From contig JBILBA010000005.1 of NCBI GenBank assembly GCA_044353905.1, forward strand, positions 2,699 to 66,698: a stretch of 64,000 nt of DNA, given 5' to 3'. Source of the DNA: Microbacteriaceae bacterium (lineage in GTDB: Bacteria > Actinomycetota > Actinomycetes > Actinomycetales > Microbacteriaceae). The notes below the pieces were generated by a model that saw only the letters and a program-made list of their open reading frames with translations, was not told the DNA's origin and made no database searches. Shown here piece after piece: positions 20,113-29,022 of this stretch (positions are counted from its first letter, which is position 1; the number at the start of each line of letters is the position of its first letter). The translations under genes were made by a program, and so were the position numbers.

Positions 20113-20201
20113 ATGATGGGAGGCGAGTCACATTCCACACTGTTGAGTTATCAAAACCCTTTCGGGTGCTACACGAGTATAGAACGCAGTTCTGACGTGC
20201 G

Positions 20202-20678
20202 TTATTCCCCGCGCAGTCGTTTCGACTTCATCGCGCGCTCGGCCTCGCGCTTGTCTTCCTTTTCACGCAGGGTGTGACGCTTGTCGTAGTCCTTTTTACC
20301 CTTGGCGATGGCGAGTTCGACCTTGGCTCGGCCGTCCTTGAAATAGATTTTCAACGGAACGAGCGTGTACCCGCCGTCGTGAATGCGATGCGAAATCTTG
20401 ATGATCTCGGCGCGGTGCAGCAACAACTTGCGCTTGCGGCGGGTTGCGTGGTTGGTCCATGTGCCCTGCGTGTACTCGGGGATGTGAACGGACTCCATCC
20501 ACATTTCGCCGTCGACAATCTGGGCCCAGCCGTCAACGAGTGACGCCTTGCCCAACCGCAACGCCTTGACCTCGGTACCGACGAGTGCGAGGCCACACTC
20601 GAACGTGTCCTCGATGTGGTAATCGTGGCGCGCCTTGCGGTTCGTCGCAACGACTTTTTCGCCGAGTTCCTTTGGCAT
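20202..20678 (-). CDS. smpB: SsrA-binding protein
   Basis: 158 aa. Contains [23 protein letters not shown] and the basic C-terminal tail. Confidence 0.95.
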   Translation of the reverse strand: MPKELGEKVVATNRKARHDYHIEDTFECGLALVGTEVKALRLGKASLVDGWAQIVDGEMWMESVHIPEYTQGTWTNHATRRKRKLLLHRAEIIKISHRIHDGGYTLVPLKIYFKDGRAKVELAIAKGKKDYDKRHTLREKEDKREAERAMKSKRLRGE

Positions 20679-20734
20679 GGCGCACCCCCTTTCCGGTCAT
20701 CTGGTGAGTCCAAGCCCTCCAGTTTACATCCGGG

Positions 20735-21649
20735 TTAGACGCGAAGGTAACGGGAAATGGCGATGTACGCGCTGGTGGCCGCGAGAACCGCGCCGGCGAG
20801 GAGCAATCCGGGGAACACAATCCACACCTCAGAGAGCGTGACAAACGACGTTGTCGGCAACGCGGTGGCCAAGTACCCGTCGACAAAGAACACAACGATT
20901 CCTGCAATCGCGCCACACGCAAGGACCGAACCGATCGTCGCAGCGACCACGCCCTCGAGGATAAACGGCGTTTGGATGTACCAGTTGGATGCGCCGACAA
21001 GACGCATAATTGCGAGCTCGCGGCGACGCGAGAATGCCGAGAGTCGGATCGTCGTCGCGATGAGCAGCGCGGCGGCAACGAGCATCAGCACGGCAACGCC
21101 CACCGCGGTCAGACTCGCGGCGTTGAGCATCGAGAAAATTCCGTCGAGATACGAGCGCTGGTCAATGACCGACTCGACACCACTCATGCCACCCAACGCC
21201 TCGAAGACGAGGGCGGACTGGGTGGGGTCCTTCAGGTTCACCCAAAACGTTTGGGGCAACAGGTCGGGAGTGACCAGGTCAACGACCGGGCTCCCCTTGA
21301 ATTGTTCAGTGAAATTCTTGTACGCGTCCTCGTGGTTTTCGAAGTACCACTTGTCGATGTACGGCGTGAGGGTGTCCGACTCTAGCTGCGCTTCGACCGC
21401 GGCGATTTGCTCGGCACTCGCCTCTTGTTGGTCACACGCTCCGAGAGTCGAATACTGCGTGCACAAATAGACAGCGACCTGGGCCTTGTCGTACCAATAC
21501 GACTTCATGTTGCCGATTTGCAATTGCAACAGTGCAGCCGACCCCACGAATGTCAGTGACACCAGGGTGACCAGGACGACGGACACGACCATCGAGATAT
21601 TGCGTCGAACACCGTTCCAGGCCTCGATGAAGACGAAGCTCAGTTTCAT
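20735..21649 (-). CDS. ftsX: cell division permease-like protein FtsX
   Basis: 304 aa. One N-terminal TM, an extracellular domain and three C-terminal TMs. Start overlaps the ftsE stop. Confidence 0.9.
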   Translation of the reverse strand: MKLSFVFIEAWNGVRRNISMVVSVVLVTLVSLTFVGSAALLQLQIGNMKSYWYDKAQVAVYLCTQYSTLGACDQQEASAEQIAAVEAQLESDTLTPYIDKWYFENHEDAYKNFTEQFKGSPVVDLVTPDLLPQTFWVNLKDPTQSALVFEALGGMSGVESVIDQRSYLDGIFSMLNAASLTAVGVAVLMLVAAALLIATTIRLSAFSRRRELAIMRLVGASNWYIQTPFILEGVVAATIGSVLACGAIAGIVVFFVDGYLATALPTTSFVTLSEVWIVFPGLLLAGAVLAATSAYIAISRYLRV

Positions 21650-22500
21650 AGCGGGTCTTCTTCGAGTCGATCGAGGTAGCTCAGGTCGACCGCTTCGCTC
21701 GTCGGTGTCATCGGGTCGAATGCCGGGATTGGATCGAAGTCGAGCGGCTCGATCGCGATTGGCTGAGAGTCGGCACGTGTCGGCATCTCGTCCTCGACGA
21801 TGACAATCGGGTTGGCCCGTGTGAGGTACTGCCCACCCGCCTCGTCACGGATGATTCGCCCGTCGCTCAGTTCGACCACGCGACGCTTCATGTCGTTGAC
21901 AATCGCGGTGTCGTGGGTCGCCATGAGGACCGTGGTTCCGGCGGCGTTGATGTTGCGCAACACATCCATGATTCCGGCGGAGGTCGATGGGTCGAGGTTT
22001 CCGGTCGGTTCGTCGGCCAGCAGGATTGCGGGTTTGTTCACCACCGCGCGTGCGATTGCGACGCGCTGTTGTTCACCACCGGACAGTTCGTGTGGAAGCC
22101 GGTTTTCCTTGTTGCCCAAGCCGACGAGCCCGAGGACCTCGGGAACGGCATCGTGAATGTAGGCCTCGCTCTGACCGAGAACGCGGAGCGCGAACGCGAC
22201 GTTGTCGAACACCGTCTTGGTCGGCAACAGGCGGAAGTCCTGGAAAACCACTCCGAGGTTTCGGCGATACGCCGGCACCTTGCGATTCGACAAACGCCCG
22301 AGGTCTTGGCCGAGGACGTGAATCAGTCCGGTCGAAGAGCGCTCCTCGCGCAGAATGAGCCGCAGGAACGAGGACTTGCCGCTCCCCGAGGCGCCGACGA
22401 GGAAAACGAACTCCCCTGGCTTTACCTCAAGGGTCGCTTCGTGCAAGGCGGGTCGGTTTCCCGACTTGTAGACCTTGGACACACCATCGAAACGAATCAT
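21646..22500 (-). CDS. ftsE: cell division ATP-binding protein FtsE, with ~55-aa C-terminal extension
   Basis: Walker [10 protein letters not shown], signature LSGGEQQRV and Walker [10 protein letters not shown]. The tail after about residue 228 is acidic and Pro-rich. Confidence 0.9.
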   Translation of the reverse strand: MIRFDGVSKVYKSGNRPALHEATLEVKPGEFVFLVGASGSGKSSFLRLILREERSSTGLIHVLGQDLGRLSNRKVPAYRRNLGVVFQDFRLLPTKTVFDNVAFALRVLGQSEAYIHDAVPEVLGLVGLGNKENRLPHELSGGEQQRVAIARAVVNKPAILLADEPTGNLDPSTSAGIMDVLRNINAAGTTVLMATHDTAIVNDMKRRVVELSDGRIIRDEAGGQYLTRANPIVIVEDEMPTRADSQPIAIEPLDFDPIPAFDPMTPTSEAVDLSYLDRLEEDPL

Positions 22501-22553
22501 CGGCTTCAGCCTATGCGCGGGCTTTCACCCAACGCGGAGCGACACTCGCCCGA

Positions 22554-23660
22554 CTAGTGCGTCTTCTGTTTGCGGTGTCGAATACCCGCCGCGATAAACC
22601 CGTCGAGATCACCGTCGAACACCGCTTGCGGGCTGTTGACCTCGTGGTTCGTGCGAAGGTCCTTGACCATTTGGTAGGGCGCGAGGACATACGAGCGCAT
22701 CTGGTCACCCCACGACGCCGTGATCACCCCCGCGAGTTCCTTCTTTTTCTTTGCTTCTTCTTCCTTTTGGATGAGCAGCAGGCGACTCTGCAACACCCGC
22801 AGAGCCGCGGCACGGTTTTGAATCTGGCTCTTCTCGTTCTGGCACGACACAACGGTTCCCGTCGGCAAGTGAGTGATGCGCACCGCCGAGTCGGTCGTGT
22901 TGACCGACTGGCCGCCAGGGCCAGACGAGCGGAAAACGTCGACCCGGATGTCGGAGTCGGGAATGTCGATCACTTCGGTCGCTGCCAAGAGAGGCACCAC
23001 TTCGACCGCGGCGAAAGATGTCTGTCGCTTTCCCGCTGAGTTGAACGGGCTCATCCGAACAAGACGGTGTGTTCCGGCCTCGACCGACAACGTTCCAAAC
23101 GCGAACGGGGCATCAACTTCGAACGTCGCGCTCTTGATTCCCGCTTCTTCGGCGTAGGACGTGTCCAACACTCGAACCGAGTATTTGTGTTGTTCCGCCC
23201 AGCGCAGATACATCCGCAACAGCATCTCGGCAAAGTCCGCCGCGTCGACGCCACCCGCACCGGACCGGATCGTGACAATCGCCGGCAAGGGGTCGTACTC
23301 GCCGTCAAGAAGTGTCTGGACTTCTAACGTCCCAATCACCGACTCGAGGGAAGCGAGTTCGTTGAGCACCTCGGTCGCCGAATCGTCGTCGCCGGCCTCT
23401 TTCGCCATGTCGAGAAGAACATCGAGATCGTCCAGGCGTTGCTGCACATCGTTCACCAGGTCGCGCTGGGTCTGAGCGTGCGACAGAGCGCTCGTTACCG
23501 CCTGGGCCGACGCCTGATCGTCCCACAGGTCTGTCGCGCCGGCCTTTTCAGAGAGCTCGGCGATGCGCTTCGTGAGTTCGGGCAAATCGACGACACTGAC
23601 GATGTCCGCGAACGACGAGCGAAGTGCCGCGATGCGGTCGGAAACGTCCAACGAAATCAT
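22554..23660 (-). CDS. prfB: peptide chain release factor 2
   Basis: 368 aa as a single uninterrupted ORF. SPF tripeptide (RMSPFNS) and GGQ motif (SGPGGQSVN). Confidence 0.93.
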   Translation of the reverse strand: MISLDVSDRIAALRSSFADIVSVVDLPELTKRIAELSEKAGATDLWDDQASAQAVTSALSHAQTQRDLVNDVQQRLDDLDVLLDMAKEAGDDDSATEVLNELASLESVIGTLEVQTLLDGEYDPLPAIVTIRSGAGGVDAADFAEMLLRMYLRWAEQHKYSVRVLDTSYAEEAGIKSATFEVDAPFAFGTLSVEAGTHRLVRMSPFNSAGKRQTSFAAVEVVPLLAATEVIDIPDSDIRVDVFRSSGPGGQSVNTTDSAVRITHLPTGTVVSCQNEKSQIQNRAAALRVLQSRLLLIQKEEEAKKKKELAGVITASWGDQMRSYVLAPYQMVKDLRTNHEVNSPQAVFDGDLDGFIAAGIRHRKQKTH

Positions 23661-23672
23661 GAGATTTCCAGA

Positions 23673-24101
23673 CTACCCTTCGTCAGTTCCACCCCCGATG
23701 TTTGCCCGCGCGGACGCGGTCGCTTCCAAACGGAGTCGAATCGGGAAAAACTGGTTGCCGAGAGGCGGCGACCACACAGAACTCACCGTGACTCGAGCGG
23801 TCAATCGGTCTGGTGTCGTCGCGGCGACGAGTCGGATTCCATCACTCGCCTCGGTAACGAAAAGGCGCACCGCGCGCCGAACGTCGCGGTTCGTTAGCCT
23901 CACCGTCAGTGAAGTTCCGTCGAATTGTGCTCGGAGCGGGTTGAACGATTCGGCACCAACGAGCGCCGCCATGTCAGCAGTGGATTGCAGGTTTGTTCTC
24001 GCCAGCGCCAAATCCGTCGAGTCGATGATTCCCACGACCGCCACACCGCACAGAGCAACCAGCCCCGCGACCATGGGCAACAGGGAACCTCGATCGCTCA
24101 T
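23673..24101 (-). CDS. TadE-like pilus assembly protein (Rv3654c-type, helicase/secretion-neighbourhood family)
   Basis: 142 aa. N-terminal hydrophobic segment, then the ...QSTADMAALVGAE motif typical of the Rv3654c family. Confidence 0.65.
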   Translation of the reverse strand: MSDRGSLLPMVAGLVALCGVAVVGIIDSTDLALARTNLQSTADMAALVGAESFNPLRAQFDGTSLTVRLTNRDVRRAVRLFVTEASDGIRLVAATTPDRLTARVTVSSVWSPPLGNQFFPIRLRLEATASARANIGGGTDEG

Positions 24102-24532
24102 CGGTTCACCGACGTAATCGAGACGCGTGCCGTTGCGCTTCGGGACACCGTGACCCGAGGCGCAATGTCGATGCCGGGAAGGGCCGGAATGAAAAGCAAG
24201 GGGACGTCAAGATGCACGGTCAATTCGACAAGTGCCCCTCGGCGTAGACAGTTCCGCCTAGAGCAATCGAGTTCCCAACGAGGTGTGGCGTCGAGCACGC
24301 CGTGATCGTCGGCGACGAGAGTCGTGATGGCGCGAATTCGTTCCAGCCCGATGTCGGTCGATTCAGCCCACGTGAAAGCCCGGACGCCGTGCCGTGCGGC
24401 TGAGGTTGCCGCGAAGGTTGCGGACGCGATCTGGCTCGTCGTCACTGTCAGTGCGACGAGCGGCACGAGAAGGGCGACGGACGCGACAATGAATTCAATG
24501 CTGGCGCTCCCGCGCTCGGGCATCGTGCTCAT
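24098..24532 (-). CDS. TadE family minor pilin-like protein
   Basis: 144 aa. N-terminus ERGSASIEFIVASVALLVPL (TadE N-terminal motif). Overlaps the next gene by 4 nt. Confidence 0.7.
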   Translation of the reverse strand: MSTMPERGSASIEFIVASVALLVPLVALTVTTSQIASATFAATSAARHGVRAFTWAESTDIGLERIRAITTLVADDHGVLDATPRWELDCSRRNCLRRGALVELTVHLDVPLLFIPALPGIDIAPRVTVSRSATARVSITSVNR

Positions 24533-24582
24533 GCACGCAGTTTTTCGCGACAGCCCGAGAAGCGCTCCCGCTGTCCACAGGT

Positions 24583-25974
24583 TTAGCGCGCGGCGGTTCG
24601 AATCAGTTTTTTGTTGACGAATTCGTCGAGCCCGAAGTGTCCCAGCTCACGGCCGAAACCCGATTTCTTGACTCCGCCGAACGGCAGGTCGACATGCGAG
24701 TCGGTGTTCTCGTTGATGTACACCATGCCCGATTCGAGTCGGTCGGCGACGTATCGTGTGTCCTCGGGGTTGGCCCCAAACACAGCACCAGACAGACCGA
24801 ATTCGGAACCGTTTGCCAGTTCGATCGCCTCGTCCTTGTTGGCCACTCGGTACACGACGGCGACCGGGCCGAACAGTTCTTCGCTGAATGCGCGGGCCGC
24901 GGGCGTGACGTTGGTCAGAAGCGTGGGCTCCATGAACGAACCGACGTCTCCGACACGGTGACCACCGGTAACGAGAGTCGCTCCGTTGGCGACGGCGTCG
25001 TCCACTTGTTCAATCAGTTCCTCGACTGCTCCGAGCGAGGACAACGGGCCCAGTTTCGTTTCTGGGTCGAGCGGATCCCCCACGGTGTAGGTCTGCAGTT
25101 GGGCCGCGAAGCCCTCGACAAACCGGTCGTACACGGAATCCACAACGATAAACCGCTTCGCGGCAGTACACGCTTGGCCCGCGTTGCTCATGCGTCCGGA
25201 CGCAGCGGCGGCGATGGTCTCGTTGAGGTTCACGTCATCGAGGACGATAAACGGATCACTTCCGCCCAACTCGAGCACCACCTTCGTGAGAGCACGACCG
25301 GCGGCTTGCGCGACTGCTGCGCCCGCCTTCTCGCTTCCCGTCAGTGAAACACCTTGAACACGTGCGTCGGCGATGATGGTTTCGATGTCGCGGCTCTCGA
25401 CGAACAGGTTGATGTACGCGCCGTCGGGCAATCCCGCGTCTCGGAAAATCTGCTCTTGTGCGAGCGCCGATTCCGGACAGTTACTCGCGTGTTTGAGGAT
25501 GATGGTGTTACCCAGAAGCAGGTTCGGCCCGGCGAAACGCGCCACCTGGTAGTAAGGGTAATTCCACGGCATGATGCCGAGAAGCACTCCGAGCGATTGC
25601 GACCGGACAATCGCCTGTCCACCCGACATCGGGTGCATGTCCTGATCGGCGAGGTGCCCGGGTCCCTGAGTGGCGTAGAACTCGTAAATGTCCCCGACGA
25701 ATCCTGCCTCGCCCCGACCCTGGCGAACCGGCTTTCCCATTTCGCGCGCGATGATGTCCGCGAGCTGATCTTTGCGCTCGCGATACAAATCCGCGACCCG
25801 CTGAAGCACAGCGGCGCGATCGGCGAGGGGTGTTTGACTCCACGCCGTGTGGGCCGCGTCGGCACGTGAAATGGCATCGGCGATGTCGGTCGGGGTGGCA
25901 CTCGGGAATTCGCGTTCGACGATTCCGGTGGCGGGATTGGTTATGGCGTAAGGCATACATTCATTGTCGTTCAT
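24583..25974 (-). CDS. NAD(P)-dependent aldehyde dehydrogenase, succinate-semialdehyde dehydrogenase-like
   Basis: 463 aa (ATG 25956 is an alternative start). Catalytic Glu (LELGGSDPF) and Cys (NAGQACTAAKRF). N-terminus ITNPATG. Confidence 0.8.
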   Translation of the reverse strand: MNDNECMPYAITNPATGIVEREFPSATPTDIADAISRADAAHTAWSQTPLADRAAVLQRVADLYRERKDQLADIIAREMGKPVRQGRGEAGFVGDIYEFYATQGPGHLADQDMHPMSGGQAIVRSQSLGVLLGIMPWNYPYYQVARFAGPNLLLGNTIILKHASNCPESALAQEQIFRDAGLPDGAYINLFVESRDIETIIADARVQGVSLTGSEKAGAAVAQAAGRALTKVVLELGGSDPFIVLDDVNLNETIAAAASGRMSNAGQACTAAKRFIVVDSVYDRFVEGFAAQLQTYTVGDPLDPETKLGPLSSLGAVEELIEQVDDAVANGATLVTGGHRVGDVGSFMEPTLLTNVTPAARAFSEELFGPVAVVYRVANKDEAIELANGSEFGLSGAVFGANPEDTRYVADRLESGMVYINENTDSHVDLPFGGVKKSGFGRELGHFGLDEFVNKKLIRTAAR

Positions 25975-26021
25975 CGACGAACAAAAAACCGTTTATCCCT
26001 AAACGATTCCCAGTATCGTAA

Positions 26022-26035
26022 TTGACAGTGGTCAA
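26022..26035. promoter_or_regulatory. inverted repeat TTGAC-AGTG-GTCAA immediately upstream of the GntR gene (candidate operator / -35)
   Basis: Read directly. Lies in the 64-bp divergent region between the ALDH and GntR genes. Contains TTGACA. Confidence 0.3.
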
Positions 26036-26038
26036 ACG

Positions 26039-26809
26039 ATGGGAGGTCCCGTGGGTGTTCTGAGCGGTGTGCAATCACAGGTCTTTCGACCGCTCCCCGA
26101 TGTCTTGCGTGCTGATGCGATTGTCGATCGGCTGTCGACCGCGATCTCTCTCGGGCTGCTGCGACGGGGCGAGCAGCTCCCCGTCGAGAACCAGTTGACC
26201 GCAATGTTCGGCGTCGCCACTGCGACCGTCCGCGATGCGCTTCAGACGTTACGGAACCAGGGGATCATCGAAACTCGTCGGGGGCGAAGCGGCGGAACTT
26301 TCATCATCGGCTCTCCCCACCCAAATCCTGATGCCCTACGAGAGAAGTTGCTGAATTTGTCCATGGCGGAATTGCGGGACATGGAGGACGAGCAGTTGGC
26401 CACCGCCCTCGCTGCCGTGCGACTCATCATCGGACGAGCATTCCCCCACGACCTCGACCGTCTTGAACGAATCGTTCGGACCATGGGCGAGACAACAACA
26501 ACCGAGTCGTGCATGCGGGCCGACAGTCGATTCCAGAGCGAACTTGCGGTGCTTTCCCAATCCGAGCGCCTCTTAGCAACACAGATGCGACTATTGACCG
26601 AATCGATTGAAATCATATGGACCGTTCTCTCAGTCGAAGCCGACAGGGAATGGACGATGAACGACCACTTGGCCATTGTGGCCGCCCTGCGCAACAGAGA
26701 CCTTCTCGCCGCTGAACGGGCTGTTCGGGAACACATCTCGCGAGACTTTTATCGCCTGGTTGCCGCCCGACTCGATGTTTTGTATCCCATTGGACCCACA
26801 AATGAGTGA
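26039..26809 (+). CDS. GntR family transcriptional regulator, FadR subfamily (FCD domain)
   Basis: 256 aa. wHTH segment GEQLPVENQLTAMFGVATATVRDALQTLRNQGIIETRRGRSGGTFI, then an all-helical C-terminal domain. Confidence 0.85.
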   Translation: MGGPVGVLSGVQSQVFRPLPDVLRADAIVDRLSTAISLGLLRRGEQLPVENQLTAMFGVATATVRDALQTLRNQGIIETRRGRSGGTFIIGSPHPNPDALREKLLNLSMAELRDMEDEQLATALAAVRLIIGRAFPHDLDRLERIVRTMGETTTTESCMRADSRFQSELAVLSQSERLLATQMRLLTESIEIIWTVLSVEADREWTMNDHLAIVAALRNRDLLAAERAVREHISRDFYRLVAARLDVLYPIGPTNE

Positions 26810-27527
26810 TGCCCGCGGCGACCCTGAACGCGCGAGTAGGGCGGTTGGGGACTGGTTTACCGCTGTCTACGACGACTTGACGATTATGGCGACGGCGTGC
26901 GAACGCGAACTTCGGAATTCGCGCGGTACGAAAGCCCGTTTGACGGAACGCAATCTGCGCGCAATTCAACCCGCCGCCACGGACTTCCTGGGTCGTCACG
27001 AAGTTCCCGTCGCGGCTGGAATCGTCGTCGGACCGAACGTGCTGGGAAACGATCTCGGGGCAGTCGAATGGTGGCGACGGGGTGACTCGGGTTCAACCCA
27101 ACGAATCGTGTTCAACCTGTCGCCCGACGACCCCGGTTTCTACGATTTTGTGACCTTCGAATGGTTTAACGAAGTCGTCTCGACCGGAAAGCCCGCGATT
27201 CAGGGTCCCTACCTCGACTACGCGGGGATGGACAAATACATTCTGACCGCGATGGTTCCGCTGTCGCTAGACGGCGTGCTCATCGGCACCGCGGGGTGCG
27301 ACACAGAGGTTCGCGAACTAGAACGGATCGTCATGCCGATTCTGCGCACAATTCCCGGCGACGCCGCGCTCGTGTCGAAATTCGATCGGATCATCCTCGG
27401 AAATTCGAGTCGCTTCCACGTGGGAAATCGTGTCGTCGCATTGCCGAAAGACGCGATCCGATGTGAAATCCCAGGACCTGAACTCGGCTTGCAACTCGTG
27501 GTGACGCCGCGAGCCGCGAATTTCTAG
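26802..27527 (+). CDS. standalone cytoplasmic Cache/PDC-like sensor-fold protein
   Basis: ORF 26676..27527 trimmed to ATG 26802, which overlaps the GntR stop (ATGAGTGA). No TM or signal peptide. GPYLDYAGMDKYILTAMVPLSLDGVLIGTAGCDTEV resembles the Cache core PYxDxxTgxxviTxxxPv...GVxgxD. Its TAG and the stop of the convergent hydrolase share the palindrome CTAG (27524-27527). Confidence 0.45.
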   Translation: MSDARGDPERASRAVGDWFTAVYDDLTIMATACERELRNSRGTKARLTERNLRAIQPAATDFLGRHEVPVAAGIVVGPNVLGNDLGAVEWWRRGDSGSTQRIVFNLSPDDPGFYDFVTFEWFNEVVSTGKPAIQGPYLDYAGMDKYILTAMVPLSLDGVLIGTAGCDTEVRELERIVMPILRTIPGDAALVSKFDRIILGNSSRFHVGNRVVALPKDAIRCEIPGPELGLQLVVTPRAANF

Positions 27528-28318
27528 CGCGCGGTTCGAACGAGTTTCGTTTGATCGACGAACGACTGGAACAGGGCGCGTCGGTCGGACGCTGAACCGT
27601 CATCGTCTTCGGGGTGCCACTGGACTCCGACGACCCATCGTGCGGACGGCATTTCCGTGCCCTCGACGATTCCGTCCTCGGCACGAGCGCTGACGACAAG
27701 TCCCTCGGCTACACGATTGACGGCTTGGTGGTGCCCCGAGCGAACCGCAACCCGATCGCGACCGAAAATCTCGCGAATCTTGCTGCCCGGTTCCAGAATG
27801 ACGGGTTCGTCCTTGAACATCGGGTCACCCGAGCCGCCACGATGCGGGTGGTAGTTCTCGATGTCGGGAATGAGGTCGCCGCCGAGTGCCACATTGAGCA
27901 ACTGTGATCCGCGACAGATGCACAGCATCGGTGCGTCCCGTGCGATCGTGGCGTTAATGATGTCGATGCAGTAGTCGTCCGCCGCGCGGTCGACCCCATA
28001 CTCGTGATTCACCGGTTCGTTGTGGCCGTAGATTCGTGCGTCGACGTCTCCGCCCCCCAAGAACATGACACCGTCGGCAAGATCGGCGATTGCCGCTGGG
28101 TCGAGCGGCGATTTGCTCGAATCCAAAAGAACAATCTTTGCCCCGACATTGTTCAGTTCGGTCAACGCGACACGAGTGAATCGAACGACGAGCCCAGCGA
28201 CTTCATCGGTCATTTCGGGGATGTTGAGCGACACGACGACCGCAACGGTCGGAGCGTCACTTGGCATCGACGCGTTGCCCTCGGGCATGACGTCGCTCGG
28301 AGCGATGTTGTGAGCCAT
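27524..28318 (-). CDS. gamma-glutamyl hydrolase, class-I glutamine amidotransferase / peptidase C26 (PuuD-like)
   Basis: Trimmed to ATG 28316-28318. Nucleophile elbow ICRGSQLLN and His-Glu pair in VQWHPE. Confidence 0.8.
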   Translation of the reverse strand: MAHNIAPSDVMPEGNASMPSDAPTVAVVVSLNIPEMTDEVAGLVVRFTRVALTELNNVGAKIVLLDSSKSPLDPAAIADLADGVMFLGGGDVDARIYGHNEPVNHEYGVDRAADDYCIDIINATIARDAPMLCICRGSQLLNVALGGDLIPDIENYHPHRGGSGDPMFKDEPVILEPGSKIREIFGRDRVAVRSGHHQAVNRVAEGLVVSARAEDGIVEGTEMPSARWVVGVQWHPEDDDGSASDRRALFQSFVDQTKLVRTAR

Positions 28319-28323
28319 GCGAC

Positions 28324-29022
28324 CTATTTTGCCAGAGGGAATGCCAAATCCGGCATCCAGGTGCTCCACACTTTTGCGAGTCGACCGTCGGCGATGACCG
28401 TGTCGAGCGCGCTGTTGAGTTCGCCCAACAGTTCCGCGTTGCCCTTTTGGACCCCGATACCCCAGGGGTTTCGGGTTTCGGCCGTGAAGGCGACGACGAA
28501 ATCCGGATCGTTGTCGGCGAGAGGGATCATGACCACGTCGTCATCAACGAACGCATCGACGGCGCCCGTTCGCAGTGCCGCAATCATGTCCTCGAAGACG
28601 CTCGGGCCCGTGAATTCGACAATCTCGGCTCCGACGATGGTCTGTGCGACCTTGAGGTTGGCGCTTCCCGCAATCGCACCGACCTTGTATCCGTTCATGG
28701 TGGTGTTCGAACGGGCGGGGTCGTCGGCACGAACCAACACTGTCTCGTTGAAGACCGCGTAGGGCTGCGTGAAGTCAACCAGTGCGATGCGCTCGGGAAT
28801 CATTCCCTGACCACACCAGACCGCGTCCACTTCGCCGCTCTGAACCATCGGAATCATGTTGTCCCAACCGGTGATGACCCATTCAATCTCGCGACCCATC
28901 ACACTCGCGAGGAGGTCGGCCGCGGCCGGCTCGTAACCCGTGCGGTGAATCCCGTCAGGGCTGAGGTTGAACAGCGGCGGCGCATCGGCGTCGATGCACG
29001 CGAGACGAAGCGCGGCGCTCAC
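28324..29022 (-). CDS. SBP_bac_3-like (amino-acid-binding-protein fold) protein without signal peptide
   Basis: Most plausible start is GTG 29020-29022, overlapping the stop of the GS-like gene as GTGA. The sequence begins directly with the mature-domain pattern LRLACIDADAPPLF...GYEPAAADLLA...W..MIPMVQSGEVDAV...ERIALVDFTQPY. No hydrophobic leader or lipobox is present, even with the longer ORF-track start. Confidence 0.6.
   Translation of the reverse strand: MSAALRLACIDADAPPLFNLSPDGIHRTGYEPAAADLLASVMGREIEWVITGWDNMIPMVQSGEVDAVWCGQGMIPERIALVDFTQPYAVFNETVLVRADDPARSNTTMNGYKVGAIAGSANLKVAQTIVGAEIVEFTGPSVFEDMIAALRTGAVDAFVDDDVVMIPLADNDPDFVVAFTAETRNPWGIGVQKGNAELLGELNSALDTVIADGRLAKVWSTWMPDLAFPLAK

Noticed and set aside
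22554-23660. Looked for the programmed +1 frameshift site (CUU UGA C) common in prfB
   Set aside because: The gene is one uninterrupted 368-aa ORF, as is usual in Actinobacteria. No internal in-frame stop is present.
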